From Sedimentisphaerales bacterium (GTDB taxonomy: Bacteria; Planctomycetota; Phycisphaerae; Sedimentisphaerales; Anaerobacaceae): a DNA stretch of 64,000 nt. The notes under the pieces were generated by a model. It was given only the letters and a program-made list of their open reading frames with translations. It was not told the origin of the DNA and did no database searches. The position numbers and the translations under genes are program-made. This document shows positions 11,016 to 21,451 of this stretch, in pieces (the stretch's first letter is position 1; each line of letters starts with the position of its first letter). The stretch spans positions 5,088,001 to 5,152,000 of the forward strand of contig OY970194.1 in the NCBI GenBank assembly GCA_963708075.1, read 5' to 3'.

Positions 11016-12006
11016 TCAGGCTTCAATCAGCTTCCACAGGCGGTTGAGCGAATCGATCGTCGTCTGCAATATCGCGGCCTGGTCCATTTTTCGCAGCTCC
11101 TGGTCGAATGGCTCGCACTCCACCGGGCCGTCGTAGCCGATCTTGACCAGCGTGTTGATGAACCCCTTGAGATCGATCACGCCGGTAGTCACGGGGAGTT
11201 TGCGCCGGTTGTCGATCTGCTGATCGATCTCTACGCCGGCGGGGGCGTCGTTGACGTGGACGTGGACGATGTCCCGGGCCGAGAGCTTCTGCATCTCCTC
11301 GATTGTCCCATGCGAGGTGTACCAGTGCCAGCTATCGAACAGCAGGCCCACGTTGCCCGTCCCGATCGCCTGCGCCAATTCCATCATCTCCGCCTGCGTG
11401 GAGGCGAAGGGGAAGCGGAACCGCTCCCGGGACGTGTGCGGCCCGACGAACTCCAGGCCCAGTCGAATATCGTTGTCCTTGAACACCTTGGCCACCTCGC
11501 GCAGCCGGGTTCTCGTGCTGCTTGAAGTTCTGCAGGTACGTCAGCTCGTTGTGTCCGGGCGTCAGCCACGTCGCGACACGAGTCACGCCCATTTGCTTCA
11601 AGACACCCGCCCGTTTCGGCAGGGCGGCGAGGTCCTTCTGAAACTGCTCCTCGCCTCGGCGAAACTCGACAGGCAGCCCGGCGGCGCCGTAGCGAATTCC
11701 CTTTTCCTTCATCGCCGCGACCCACTCGCCAATCTCGGCCGCGGACCTGTTCTCAAACTCGCCCTGGCTGGGACTGATTCCCCCGAATCCATACTTGATC
11801 GCAAACTCCAGCGCCTGCTTCTGATTCGCATTGACGCCGATATGTCCCGGCGCCAGATTCTTGAAGAACTTGACCCCACCCCTATCCTGCCCCGCTCGTC
11901 CGGCCGACCCGACCAACGGAATCGCCGCTGCCGCGACCACTGATTGACAAAACGCGCGTCTCGACAGGCTTTCGGATTGCCTCAATGTCTCACGACTCAT
12001 TGCCAT
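11016..12006 (-). CDS. Tat-exported sugar phosphate isomerase/epimerase (TIM barrel); frameshift near 11505
   Basis: SRRAFC twin-arginine signal; LGLEFVG, LLFDSWHWY, HVHVNDAP, GYDGPVECEPF split over two frames. Confidence 0.85.
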
Positions 12007-12087
12007 ATCTCCTTTTGCAGTTGTGCGATGCAGCCTCAATGAGCCTGAGTGTAACGCAGGGCGCACCCGGCGTCAAACTATCAGGCG

Positions 12088-12351
12088 TCACCGTTGCCGG
12101 TCTTTCCAGTTCCACCATTTGAGTCGCTCGGGGTCGGGGTCCTCCGTGGAGGCGTAGTACACGGCACAGCGAAGCACGTACAACATGCACCGGTCCACGG
12201 GCGAGGCCTTAAAGTTGCAGAGTCTGCGGTACAGCTTCTCCGCGTCCTTGCCTTTGAGCTGGCCCACACGCGTGATGCCGAGGCGGCGCAGATCTTCGGC
12301 GATGGATTTGCCGACGCCGGGGATCAGTTCGAGATCGTCTTGTGCTGTCAT
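12088..12351 (-). CDS. helix-hairpin-helix protein (Cdd1/mitomycin-resistance-like)
   Basis: LELIPGVGKSIAEDLRRLGI...DRCMLYVLRCAVYYAS...KWWNWKD. Confidence 0.8.
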   Translation of the reverse strand: MTAQDDLELIPGVGKSIAEDLRRLGITRVGQLKGKDAEKLYRRLCNFKASPVDRCMLYVLRCAVYYASTEDPDPERLKWWNWKDRQR

Positions 12352-12779
12352 GCTACAGGCTCCTTGGGACTGCCGGCGAGCGTCAGCACGTAGCCGTTAC
12401 AGTCACGGATATAGAATTCCTCTGTGCCGTAGAATGTCGTGTGCAGGTCCTTGAGGATTGTAACCTTCCGGTGAATGCTTTCATAGAGCTTGCGGGCATC
12501 GGCGACGCGGATATAGAGGGAGATGGACCCGCCAATGGCTTGCCGGTGCAAGGCGGGCAAATCCTGGGACAGGCTCGCCCGGGACTGGAGCATGAGCTCC
12601 ACGTCGTCGCGCTTGATGATGGCGAAAGCCAAGGGTACGTCGCCACTGCGGCTGGTGACAACCTCCTGACTGCCGGCGGGCACACCCATCACAAGGCCAA
12701 AGCCGAGCACCTGCTCATAGAAATCGAGTGTGTCATTGACGCTTGTGACCACGAGATTCGTTGTGATCTTGCTGAACAT
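12348..12779 (-). CDS. VOC/glyoxalase/bleomycin-resistance family protein
   Basis: NLVVTSVNDTLDFYEQVLGF...TTFYGTEEFYIRDCNGYVL. Confidence 0.88.
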   Translation of the reverse strand: MFSKITTNLVVTSVNDTLDFYEQVLGFGLVMGVPAGSQEVVTSRSGDVPLAFAIIKRDDVELMLQSRASLSQDLPALHRQAIGGSISLYIRVADARKLYESIHRKVTILKDLHTTFYGTEEFYIRDCNGYVLTLAGSPKEPVA

Positions 12780-12814
12780 GGCGTTCTCCTTTTTTCAGTC
12801 AGCATAGGCCATGC

Positions 12815-13651
12815 TCAGCGTCGTGTATTGTAAGAAACGGACATGACAGTCGAGGGACTTGCCCCGTAGAAGGCATTGAACTCGTGGATGAAATGGGCCT
12901 GATCGTAATAGCCGGCATCGAGGGCGATTTGCAGCAGGTCCACCTGCGGCCGGCGGCGCAGGGCACGCAGAGCGGTTTTGAAACGGACGATTCGGCAGTA
13001 GGTCTTGGGACCAACGCCGACCGATTCGCGGAAGACTCGCAGCAGTTGGCGCGGGCTGCAACCTGCCGCTTGAGCAAGTTGTGTTACCGTGACCTTGCCC
13101 CGGCAGGCGACTATGGTTTCGAGAGCCTCCCACAGAACCGGGCAAGGCCGAGTCCGGAGGAGCCGTTGAGTAAGCCAATCCTGGAGTATATTGAAGGAGG
13201 CTTCAGTTCCGGGGCTCTCGGCGATCCGGTCGGCGGATACAAAAGGCAGTGGCAGACTATCGAGGGGGACAGTCCGATCGGTGAATTCATGGGCGGGACA
13301 GCCGAAGAGGTGCGTGAAACCGCCGGCGGCGAACCGGATTCCCAGGTACTGTGCTCCGGCAGCTATGTCCTCGAAGATCGGCCGGGTCATCGTGCCGACG
13401 ACATGGCCTTTGTAGGTCTCCGTCGGGCCGTTGCGAGTGAAGATAATGTCGATGCATCCATCCGGTACGATGCGCTGTCGTCTGCGCTCGCCCGATTGCC
13501 CCATGGACTGGCTCGCCCAGAAGTTGCGGACGAACGGACGCAGGCGCTCGTCCGGACACCCGCGGTGAAACTGCAAAGGCTCCGGCTGCGGAACAAGACT
13601 CTGCCGATCCTGTCTCATGCCGGCCATTGTACCATATTCCGCGTATCTCAC
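12815..13651 (-). CDS. AraC family transcriptional regulator
   Basis: IVPDGCIDII N-terminal domain; SPRQLLRVFRESVGVGPK...AGYYDQAHFIHEF helix-turn-helix. Confidence 0.9.
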   Translation of the reverse strand: MRYAEYGTMAGMRQDRQSLVPQPEPLQFHRGCPDERLRPFVRNFWASQSMGQSGERRRQRIVPDGCIDIIFTRNGPTETYKGHVVGTMTRPIFEDIAAGAQYLGIRFAAGGFTHLFGCPAHEFTDRTVPLDSLPLPFVSADRIAESPGTEASFNILQDWLTQRLLRTRPCPVLWEALETIVACRGKVTVTQLAQAAGCSPRQLLRVFRESVGVGPKTYCRIVRFKTALRALRRRPQVDLLQIALDAGYYDQAHFIHEFNAFYGASPSTVMSVSYNTRR

Positions 13652-15381
13652 TCGACTTCCTGCGTGACGATATGGAGGATTCTCTTTTCCCGGCTCTGCA
13701 GCAGGCGGCCGAGATGCGGCAGGCTGAGCGAGTAGAGGGTGGCCACGAGTGCGAGCTCAACAGCCGAGAAGAGCAGATTCGTCGGCGCCGCCGGCAGCCA
13801 GCCGGCGGTCGAGACCAGCCAGCCCGCCACGGGGGGCAGAAATATCGGAGTCAGCGCCACCGAAAAGGACATATGACAGAGCATAAGCAAGAGAGTGGTC
13901 GACGTGGGCAGCTTTGTCGGCCGCAGGGACCCGGGCGAGATTCGGCACGGAAGCAGCGGCGAGATGAGATTGCCCAGCATGCTCAGCAGCAGGAAGGCCG
14001 TCCCGAATTGCAGACAGGCCGCCAGAACGATGAGCCACGGGATATGCAGAGCCAGTTTGGCGACAAGCAGAAGAATCGATCCGATCCCCATCGCGAACGG
14101 CAGCAGGGCGAGGTTCTTGCCCAGCAGGATCTGCCACCGCGGCACGGGGGACAGCACCAGGGCCCGAAACCCCGCGCGATCGAAGCCGAAATGGTTCAGC
14201 AGGAGTTGCGCCATTCCGAAGAACGGGAGCACCACGGCGGCCGTGGCGGCGAACGGCTGAGCGCCCGCGCTGGACGGCCCCGAGTGCCGGACGACGAACA
14301 TGCCGCCGAAGATCACCAGCCACAGGAGACTGGCGGCCATCGCCATCTTCACTTCCGTTGCGCGGGTCATCGAGCGAAAGAAGGTCAGGGCCAGCGCTGC
14401 CGCTTCATCGGGAACGCCCGGCAGCGTCCTTTCCAGGAGCGTGCGGCGAGTCACGACGGCCCGCTCCTTTTTGCGCCGTGTCTTTGTCTTGATGGACCGG
14501 CCTTCATAGAATCGCCGGGTCGATCTGTAGGCACGACCCAGGCCCAGGCCCGCCAGGCCCAACGTGCCCGCCAGACCGAGGGCCGCCGGCCAGACACTAC
14601 CGCCCGCCAGGTGCATCGCGCCATTGCCCACCCACAGCACCGGCACCGTCCTGTGCAGCCACAGCAACGTCGGCGAACTCTCCGGTTTGCCGTAACGTTC
14701 TATCGGGGGCTCCCTTCGTGTTTCCGGCTGCACCTGTTGGGTGTGCGGCCGTCCATGGTCGTGCGTAGCGTTCATCAGAAGATTTGGAAGCTGCGACAGG
14801 AAAATGAATACCAGTGTGATTCCGCCGACAATCGCGCGGTATCGTCGCGGGTTCTGCATGAGCGTGATGAGCCAGCCGCGAAGATGGTACGTCCAGGCGG
14901 TGATCATGAAGATGAAGCCGAGTGACAGCGGCAGCATCCAGAGCATGGCCCGCCCGCGGCCCGCGGCCAGACCGATCGACAGGCCCAGCATCCACGGCAC
15001 GAATACGATGATGCTCGCGGTGACATGCGACGCGACGTAGTTCACGACGAAGATGCCTCTCATGGAGACCGGCAGGTGAAGCATCTTGCTGATGTCGATG
15101 GCCTCGGATCGCTGGATTTCTGAGACGATTCCGACGACCCACAATATCAGGAATGCGCCGATGGTGCCGTCCCAGACGCCGAGAATGATCCCGGGGGAGA
15201 CTTCATCCAGCGCAAAGAGGCCGACCAGCAGGCCGGCGAGGCCTCCTATGGCCCCGATGATGCACATGAGCGCGGTGACGATCACGGTAATGATGACATT
15301 GAGCCGCCCGCCGCGGGACCACTGATTGCGGGTCAGCCGCCAGCGCAGCCAGAGAATCGTGCACAACTGGCTCCAGTACAT
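13648..15381 (-). CDS. ABC-2 type exporter permease
   Basis: Many TM segments; directly follows the ABC ATPase; NHFGFDRAGFRALVLSP. Confidence 0.8.
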   Translation of the reverse strand: MYWSQLCTILWLRWRLTRNQWSRGGRLNVIITVIVTALMCIIGAIGGLAGLLVGLFALDEVSPGIILGVWDGTIGAFLILWVVGIVSEIQRSEAIDISKMLHLPVSMRGIFVVNYVASHVTASIIVFVPWMLGLSIGLAAGRGRAMLWMLPLSLGFIFMITAWTYHLRGWLITLMQNPRRYRAIVGGITLVFIFLSQLPNLLMNATHDHGRPHTQQVQPETRREPPIERYGKPESSPTLLWLHRTVPVLWVGNGAMHLAGGSVWPAALGLAGTLGLAGLGLGRAYRSTRRFYEGRSIKTKTRRKKERAVVTRRTLLERTLPGVPDEAAALALTFFRSMTRATEVKMAMAASLLWLVIFGGMFVVRHSGPSSAGAQPFAATAAVVLPFFGMAQLLLNHFGFDRAGFRALVLSPVPRWQILLGKNLALLPFAMGIGSILLLVAKLALHIPWLIVLAACLQFGTAFLLLSMLGNLISPLLPCRISPGSLRPTKLPTSTTLLLMLCHMSFSVALTPIFLPPVAGWLVSTAGWLPAAPTNLLFSAVELALVATLYSLSLPHLGRLLQSREKRILHIVTQEVE

Positions 15382-16143
15382 TCAGCCCTCCAGCCAACTG
15401 AGTGTCTGGCGCTCGATCTGGCCGTGACCGACGACCTGAAGGAACCGGTCCTCCAGCGAGCCGCTCTGGCGGACCTCGTCCATCGTCCCCTGGTACATGA
15501 GTCTGCCCTCGGCGATGATCCCGACAGCGGTGCAGAGTTTCTCCACGATCTCCAGGATGTGGGATGTCAGGAACACCGTCGCCCCGCGCTGCACGGCTCG
15601 CCTGAGGACATCCCGCAGCACGCTGGACGAGACGGCGTCGATGCCCTCGAAAGGCTCATCGAGAAAAAGCACATCCGGATTTGGGATCAGTGCCGCCGCC
15701 AGGGCCAGCTTCTTCTTCATCCCGTGCGAGTATTCCAGCGTGAGTTTCTTCTCCTCGTTGTCCAGATTCATCATGGCCAGCAGCTCGCGGCAGCGGTCGC
15801 GCACCGTATCCACGGGCAGCCGGTACATGCGGCCGACGAATGTCAGGTATTCGCGCGCGGTGAGATTGTCGAACAGAGCGAGCTGTTCCGGCACGACGCC
15901 GATCCGCCGGCGGACCTCGATAGCTCCTTTGGCGTCGGAGATGTCCTGATCGAGGATGCGGATGACGCCGCCGTCCGCACCGAGCAAGCCGGTGAGCATC
16001 TTGATGGTCGTGGATTTGCCCGCGCCGTTGGGGCCGAGGAAACCGTAAAACGTTCCGCGTTCCACATGCAGATCGAGGCCGTTGACGGCGACCAGGTCGC
16101 CGAACCGGCGGGTCAGGCCCTGAGTTTCGATAGCAAGAGTCAT
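15382..16143 (-). CDS. ABC transporter ATP-binding protein
   Basis: Walker A GPNGAGKST, signature YSHGM, Walker B LFLDEP, H-loop TSH. Confidence 0.95.
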   Translation of the reverse strand: MTLAIETQGLTRRFGDLVAVNGLDLHVERGTFYGFLGPNGAGKSTTIKMLTGLLGADGGVIRILDQDISDAKGAIEVRRRIGVVPEQLALFDNLTAREYLTFVGRMYRLPVDTVRDRCRELLAMMNLDNEEKKLTLEYSHGMKKKLALAAALIPNPDVLFLDEPFEGIDAVSSSVLRDVLRRAVQRGATVFLTSHILEIVEKLCTAVGIIAEGRLMYQGTMDEVRQSGSLEDRFLQVVGHGQIERQTLSWLEG

Positions 16144-16236
16144 AGTAGCCCGAGTCTATTGGCCCCGCACTCAAATCGCAAGCGGCTATTGGTACTCAGC
16201 GGCAAATCAGTGGCGCCGGGTGGCCGCAGCAAGCTT

Positions 16237-16315
16237 GGGTGCCATGTTTACGCTCGCGTAAGCATGCCGTGCCTGTCGAATGGAACATGTCTACGCAAGC
16301 GTAGACATGGCACCC
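16237..16315. repeat. REP-doublet family B (79 bp)
   Basis: GGGTGCCATG-palindrome...palindrome-CATGGCACCC; same architecture and length as 17488..17566. Confidence 0.85.
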
Positions 16316-16542
16316 GGCCTTCGGCCTTGCCGTTGCCGCCCGAGCTGCACAGGCAAGGAGTTTGAATGCCTCGTTGTTTCGACTCCACGCTCACCTGTCA
16401 GGAATACCCCTATATGCGAATTATGGGTGCGGCAAGTATGCTGGGGTGTTGCTTCGAGATGATTCATATTCGGTTGACAGCGATAGTTTGGTATATTAGG
16501 GGGGTTCACATGACGATGCTTTGTCTTCCGAGGCAGATAAAC

Positions 16543-17454
16543 ATGAGCATTACGGCTGCAATAGGCAATACTCCGCTGGTGGAGTTGAGCAATCTCAATA
16601 GCAAGAGCCCCGCTGTCCGGGTTTTCGGCAAGCTCGAAGGCGCGAACCCCGGCGGCTCCATCAAGGACCGTCCGGCCTACTACATGATCAAAAAGGCGGA
16701 GGAGTCCGGCGAGCTATCGCCGGGAAAGACCATCCTGGAGGCCACGTCCGGTAATACTGGAATCGCCGTGGCTATGATTGGCGCCGCCAAGGGATACAAG
16801 GTCAAGCTCTGCATGCCGGAGTGCGTCAGCATGGAGCGGCAGCACACCTTGCGGGCCCTGAACGCCGAGGTGGTTTTGACGCCCGCCAAAGAGGGCACCG
16901 ACGGCGCCATCCGCAAGGCCCACCAGCTCCTAAAGACCGAGCCGGACGCCTATTACATGCCCGATCAGTTCAGCAACCCGAACAACATCCTGGCCCACTA
17001 CGAGACCACAGGGCCGGAGATCTTTTCCCAGACGGACGGCCGGATCGACGTCTTCGTGGCGGGCATGGGGACCACCGGGACCCTCATGGGCGTACGGAAT
17101 TACCTCAAGGAGAGGAAGCCCCAAGTGAGGATTGTCGGCGTCGAGCCGCCGGAGGGGCACACAATCCAGGGGCTCAAGAACATGTCCGAATCCATGGTCC
17201 CCGGGATTTATGACCCAGACCTGCTGGATGAGAAGATCACGATCAATGACGACGATGCGTTCGAGACGACCCGGCTGCTGGCCGCCCGGGAGGGGGTCTT
17301 CGTCGGCATGTCCAGCGGCGCCGCCGTGGCCGGAGCCCTGCGCATGGCGCGCCAGATGCAGTCCGGCGTCGTCGTCGCCATCCTGCCCGACCGTGGCGAC
17401 CGCTACCTGAGCACCACCCTCTTCCGCTCCATCTGCGCCAAATGCCCGCCGTAG
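16543..17454 (+). CDS. cysM: PLP-dependent cysteine synthase (CysK/CysM family)
   Basis: IGNTPLV, KLEGANPGGSIKDR, EATSGNTG, GMGTTGT, DRGDRYLST. Confidence 0.85.
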   Translation: MSITAAIGNTPLVELSNLNSKSPAVRVFGKLEGANPGGSIKDRPAYYMIKKAEESGELSPGKTILEATSGNTGIAVAMIGAAKGYKVKLCMPECVSMERQHTLRALNAEVVLTPAKEGTDGAIRKAHQLLKTEPDAYYMPDQFSNPNNILAHYETTGPEIFSQTDGRIDVFVAGMGTTGTLMGVRNYLKERKPQVRIVGVEPPEGHTIQGLKNMSESMVPGIYDPDLLDEKITINDDDAFETTRLLAAREGVFVGMSSGAAVAGALRMARQMQSGVVVAILPDRGDRYLSTTLFRSICAKCPP

Positions 17455-17487
17455 TAGTACCCTGACTGTCTCAAGACTGTAGATTGC

Positions 17488-17566
17488 GGGTGCCATGCCC
17501 ACGCTCGCGTGGGCATGCTCCACAGACGGGACAAGACATGCTTACGCAAGCCTACGCATGGCACCC
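17488..17566. repeat. REP-doublet family B (79 bp)
   Basis: GGGTGCCATGCCCACGCTCGCGTGGGCATG...CATGGCACCC. Confidence 0.85.
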
Positions 17567-17714
17567 GACTCAACGGCCGAGCATCCGCCTGCCAAATTGG
17601 GAGGTCGAGGTGATAGGGTGCGGCTTACCCCGCCAATTCGCTGGTGTTTTCCGCCTGTTGCGGCCGATAAATGGATAGGTTGGGTTGTTGTCTTCCCGGC
17701 CGCATAGGGATGGT

Positions 17715-18464
17715 ATGTCTATGATGCAGCAGGCAAATCCGATTCCTGTACCGCAGATGCCGCAGAGCCGGCATCGCACCAAGCCGTGCCCGTACTGCGC
17801 CGAGACCATCCGCTACGCCGCGGTCAAGTGCCGATTCTGTGGCGAATTCCTCTCCGGCGACCGCAAGGGCGAGGCAAAAGCTGCACCCGAGGGACAGCCC
17901 GACGAACCACAGCAGGGCGAAGAGGGCCAGGGAAGCAGCGTCCTCTGGGCGGGCCGGCCGAGCGTGTTTGCGTTGACCAGGACATTCCTCAAGATCGCCT
18001 GCTTCACGGCCGTTTGCTGGGCGGTGTACACGTACCCCGTGACGCTTGTGGCCACTTACGTGCCGAATGCCAATGTGAAGGTCGCGCAGTTGGTGCCGGT
18101 GGAGGCCTGGATCGACCTGTCCGTGCTGGCGCTGGGCTTGGGGGCGGTGTTCGCCCTGTTCTGGAAGGCGCTGGCGCTCAAGAGCATCCGCTACGAGGTC
18201 ACGCCGGACCGCATCGAATGGTCCCGCGGCATCTTCGACCGCAAGGTGGACAACATCGACATGTTCCGCGTGGTGGACTTGAAGCTGCGCCGCTCGCTCC
18301 TCGAAGCCTGCCTCGGCATCGGTACCGTGATTCTCCTGACCAACGACGAATCCGACCCGCAGTTCGAGTTCAAGAAGGTCCATCGCTGCCGCCGCCTCTA
18401 CGACACCCTCAAAGAAGCCGGCCTCAACGCCGACAAAAAACGAAACGTCATCCACGTAGAATAG
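17715..18464 (+). CDS. zinc-ribbon + 2TM + bacterial PH domain protein
   Basis: CPYCAETIRYAAVKCRFCGE; two hydrophobic helices; YEVTPDRIEWSRGIFDRKVDNIDMFRV. Confidence 0.82.
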   Translation: MSMMQQANPIPVPQMPQSRHRTKPCPYCAETIRYAAVKCRFCGEFLSGDRKGEAKAAPEGQPDEPQQGEEGQGSSVLWAGRPSVFALTRTFLKIACFTAVCWAVYTYPVTLVATYVPNANVKVAQLVPVEAWIDLSVLALGLGAVFALFWKALALKSIRYEVTPDRIEWSRGIFDRKVDNIDMFRVVDLKLRRSLLEACLGIGTVILLTNDESDPQFEFKKVHRCRRLYDTLKEAGLNADKKRNVIHVE

Positions 18465-18476
18465 ACCCGCCTTGCC

Positions 18477-21389
18477 TTAGGCCTCGCCGTTGCACTCGAT
18501 CTTCGTGACCGATCTGGTCTCCGCGTTGAAAATGATTCTGAGCACAGCGCTCCCGCCGTCGGCTACTATGGCAAACCTGGCGTTCGGAGGTGGCCGGTAG
18601 AAGCTGTGGGACAAGACCATGCTGCAGATCAGGTACTTGACACCATTGTCAATGAAACCGCCGAACTCTTGATTGTATCGCCGGTAGTTGCGCAGAACGT
18701 ACTCACGGTCGAGCCAAGAGCTTGCGATGACTGATGAATCCTCCTCCAAAGAAGCTTTCACAACGGAATCAAGACCCTGGATATCCGCTTGGCTGGGTGT
18801 CCACACGTCATCGAAAGGTATGACGTGGCCTTTCAGGAATGAGCGGACCTCGTGGCGGTCTGTCACAATGATCGTGTAAGGAGCATAGGCCTCAATGAGA
18901 AGGCGGGCAGTCTCCGCCACACTCTGACGGTGCGGGTCCGGCAAGACAATACCGGCATCTTCTTCCCCGGCGATGATCTGCGCTCCCCGGGTCAAGAGGA
19001 TCTCCACAACACCGGCGTGGCCGCGCAGGGCCGCTTCGCGAAGCGCTGTGCTTTTCCAGGCGGCGCGTGCATTGACCTCCACGCCTTTGTCAATGAGCAG
19101 TTCCACGGTTTCTCTATGACCTTGTCGCGCAGCTTCGTGCAAAGGTGTATAATCTTCGAGTGTTCCCGGGTGGATATTCGCGCCGTGGCGAATGAGCAGC
19201 TTGACCATACCCGTCTGCCCGCGCTCCGCCGCCGCATACAAAGGAGTGGGTAACCAGGAATCTTCCTTGCCCCGGTCAACCTCAGCGCCTCTGGCAATCA
19301 GAAGTTCCGCGACAGCCATGTTGCCTTCCCCAGCGGCGAGACTTAGAGCGGTTCGGCCGTGCTCATCCATGGCATTGATATCGGCGCCGCGGCTGAGAAG
19401 GTGTTGCACGGCATTAGAATCGCCGATATACGCGGCGGCATGGATCGTGAGATCAGCACCATGGGCAGCAAGCAGCTTGACGATCTCGCGGTGATCCCAC
19501 TCCATGGCAAGGTCGATGGCCGACTCACCCCAATCATTCACTGCATCGACATCCGCACCTTTTGCGATGAGAAGTTGAACGATATCCTCATGTCCCTGCG
19601 CGGCAGCACACTGCAAAGCCGTCCACCTGACTCCGCCGATTGCTTTACTGACATTGGCGCCTTTAGCAAGGAACAACTCGACCATGTCTCTGCGGCCACT
19701 CTCAGCAGCACTCAGCAGTGCCTGATTAACGGCGTCACTGCCTGGCTTACCCAAAGCCCCTTTGCTGATGAGCAATTCAACCAGATCCCTTAAGCCTTTG
19801 GAGATGGCCATCTCCAAGGGAGTCGTCATCCCGTACTCGTCCGAGGTCCCATTCAGTGCTGCACCGTTCATCACGAGCAGAGCGGCTATATCGTTGTGCC
19901 CTCGTCGCATCGCGGCAAGCAGAGGCACGCCGTTGCTGCTCTTGCCGTTTATGTCAGCACCATGAGTCAACAGCAGTCGCACCACATCTTCGTGGCCCTC
20001 TTGAGCAGCCCAACGGAGAGCGGTCCAGCCGTACACATCCTGTGCATCCACTTGAACGCCGCCGGCAAGGATCTCGCGGGCCTTGTCAATCTGACCAAGA
20101 TATGCGGCTTGATGGATTGTGACCTCAGCCCCTCGCTCGGCAAGCAGGCGAACGATTTTACTGTGGCCCATCTTCATGGCTACCTGCACGGGTGTTTGGC
20201 CGGGTCCAGGCGGCACGCCCGGAGAACCCCGCTTTCTCGACCTTGCCGTGGGCCTCGGAGTCGGGCCCCACGGGTCATCGATCCCAATAGCACCTGCGGC
20301 GTTCAGGGGAGCCCCGGCGGCAATCAGCAATTCGGCCACCGGCTTCCAACCGTAATAGGCGGCAATGTGCAGGGGTGTGTACTGGCTCTTGCGGCGTCTG
20401 ACGTTTACACTGGCGCCCTGCGAAATCAGGAACTTGACCAGATCCGGCTCGCCATACGCGACCGCCTCAGTCAAGGGGGTCTCGCCTTGCTTGTTTGCCA
20501 CATTGACGCTGGCCCCCTCGGCTACCAGCCTCCTGACAATATCGAGATGCCCGTATCTTGCGGCGTACAGCACAGGAGTATCACCCGGCCTGTCAACGGC
20601 ATTCACATCCGCGCCTCCTGCGATCAGGTTGGCCACGATATCGTCATAGCCTATCTTCGCCGCTACGTGGAGCAACGTCTCGCCATCATGGGTTTGCGTC
20701 CTGGCGTCAGCACCCCTGGCAAGCAGAAGTCGGGCTATATCGGGATCGACGTCGCGGGCTCGAAGTGCCTTATGTAACGCCGTGAAACCCCACGTATCGG
20801 CCGCGTTGATCTCCGCGCCGGCCGCAAGCAGCGACTCTATGATTTCTTTCTGACCGTACTCGGCCGCCAATTGCAGGGGCGTCGAGGACGCAGGAGCGAG
20901 CTTTGCGTTCACGTCGGCGCCGCGCGCGATTAGCAACTCCACCAGGCTGGTGTCGCGTAATTGAATTGCCTTACTCAAGGGTGTTTTTCCGGACACATTC
21001 ACTGTCCGGACAGTAGCCCCGTGAGCAAGGAGCAGTCTGGTTATGCTGGACTTCTCGGAGTCAATTGCGCAGAACAGTGGCGTATTGCCGTCCACGTCAA
21101 CCGCGTTGACATCGGCGCCGGCCGATATCAGGAGCTCGACAATAGCTTCCTGTCCGGAGTTGATGGCCACGTGCAGCGCTGTTCGGCTATAACGATCCTT
21201 CGCCCCCAGGTCTGCGCCACCTGCGATCAGGGCTTGCACACGGGCCGCGTCACCCGCCTCGGCTGCCTCATGCAGGGCAGGTGTAATGATGGTGGCCAGC
21301 GGAGTTGTGGTTGCCACCGGCTTCTTCTTGCACCCGAGGCACAAGACCAACGGGATCAAGGCCGCAGCGAACAATCTGAATGCTCTCAT
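18477..21389 (-). CDS. ankyrin-repeat lipoprotein with an uncharacterised C-terminal domain
   Basis: Lipobox LCLGC; about 20 or more TPLH/TALH...LL..GAD/EVN repeats. Confidence 0.92.
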   Translation of the reverse strand: MRAFRLFAAALIPLVLCLGCKKKPVATTTPLATIITPALHEAAEAGDAARVQALIAGGADLGAKDRYSRTALHVAINSGQEAIVELLISAGADVNAVDVDGNTPLFCAIDSEKSSITRLLLAHGATVRTVNVSGKTPLSKAIQLRDTSLVELLIARGADVNAKLAPASSTPLQLAAEYGQKEIIESLLAAGAEINAADTWGFTALHKALRARDVDPDIARLLLARGADARTQTHDGETLLHVAAKIGYDDIVANLIAGGADVNAVDRPGDTPVLYAARYGHLDIVRRLVAEGASVNVANKQGETPLTEAVAYGEPDLVKFLISQGASVNVRRRKSQYTPLHIAAYYGWKPVAELLIAAGAPLNAAGAIGIDDPWGPTPRPTARSRKRGSPGVPPGPGQTPVQVAMKMGHSKIVRLLAERGAEVTIHQAAYLGQIDKAREILAGGVQVDAQDVYGWTALRWAAQEGHEDVVRLLLTHGADINGKSSNGVPLLAAMRRGHNDIAALLVMNGAALNGTSDEYGMTTPLEMAISKGLRDLVELLISKGALGKPGSDAVNQALLSAAESGRRDMVELFLAKGANVSKAIGGVRWTALQCAAAQGHEDIVQLLIAKGADVDAVNDWGESAIDLAMEWDHREIVKLLAAHGADLTIHAAAYIGDSNAVQHLLSRGADINAMDEHGRTALSLAAGEGNMAVAELLIARGAEVDRGKEDSWLPTPLYAAAERGQTGMVKLLIRHGANIHPGTLEDYTPLHEAARQGHRETVELLIDKGVEVNARAAWKSTALREAALRGHAGVVEILLTRGAQIIAGEEDAGIVLPDPHRQSVAETARLLIEAYAPYTIIVTDRHEVRSFLKGHVIPFDDVWTPSQADIQGLDSVVKASLEEDSSVIASSWLDREYVLRNYRRYNQEFGGFIDNGVKYLICSMVLSHSFYRPPPNARFAIVADGGSAVLRIIFNAETRSVTKIECNGEA

Positions 21390-21451
21390 GTCGCCAATCT
21401 CCCTTCAAGAGACAACCTGCTAACTGCCCTTATGATAAGGCACAAAAGCCG

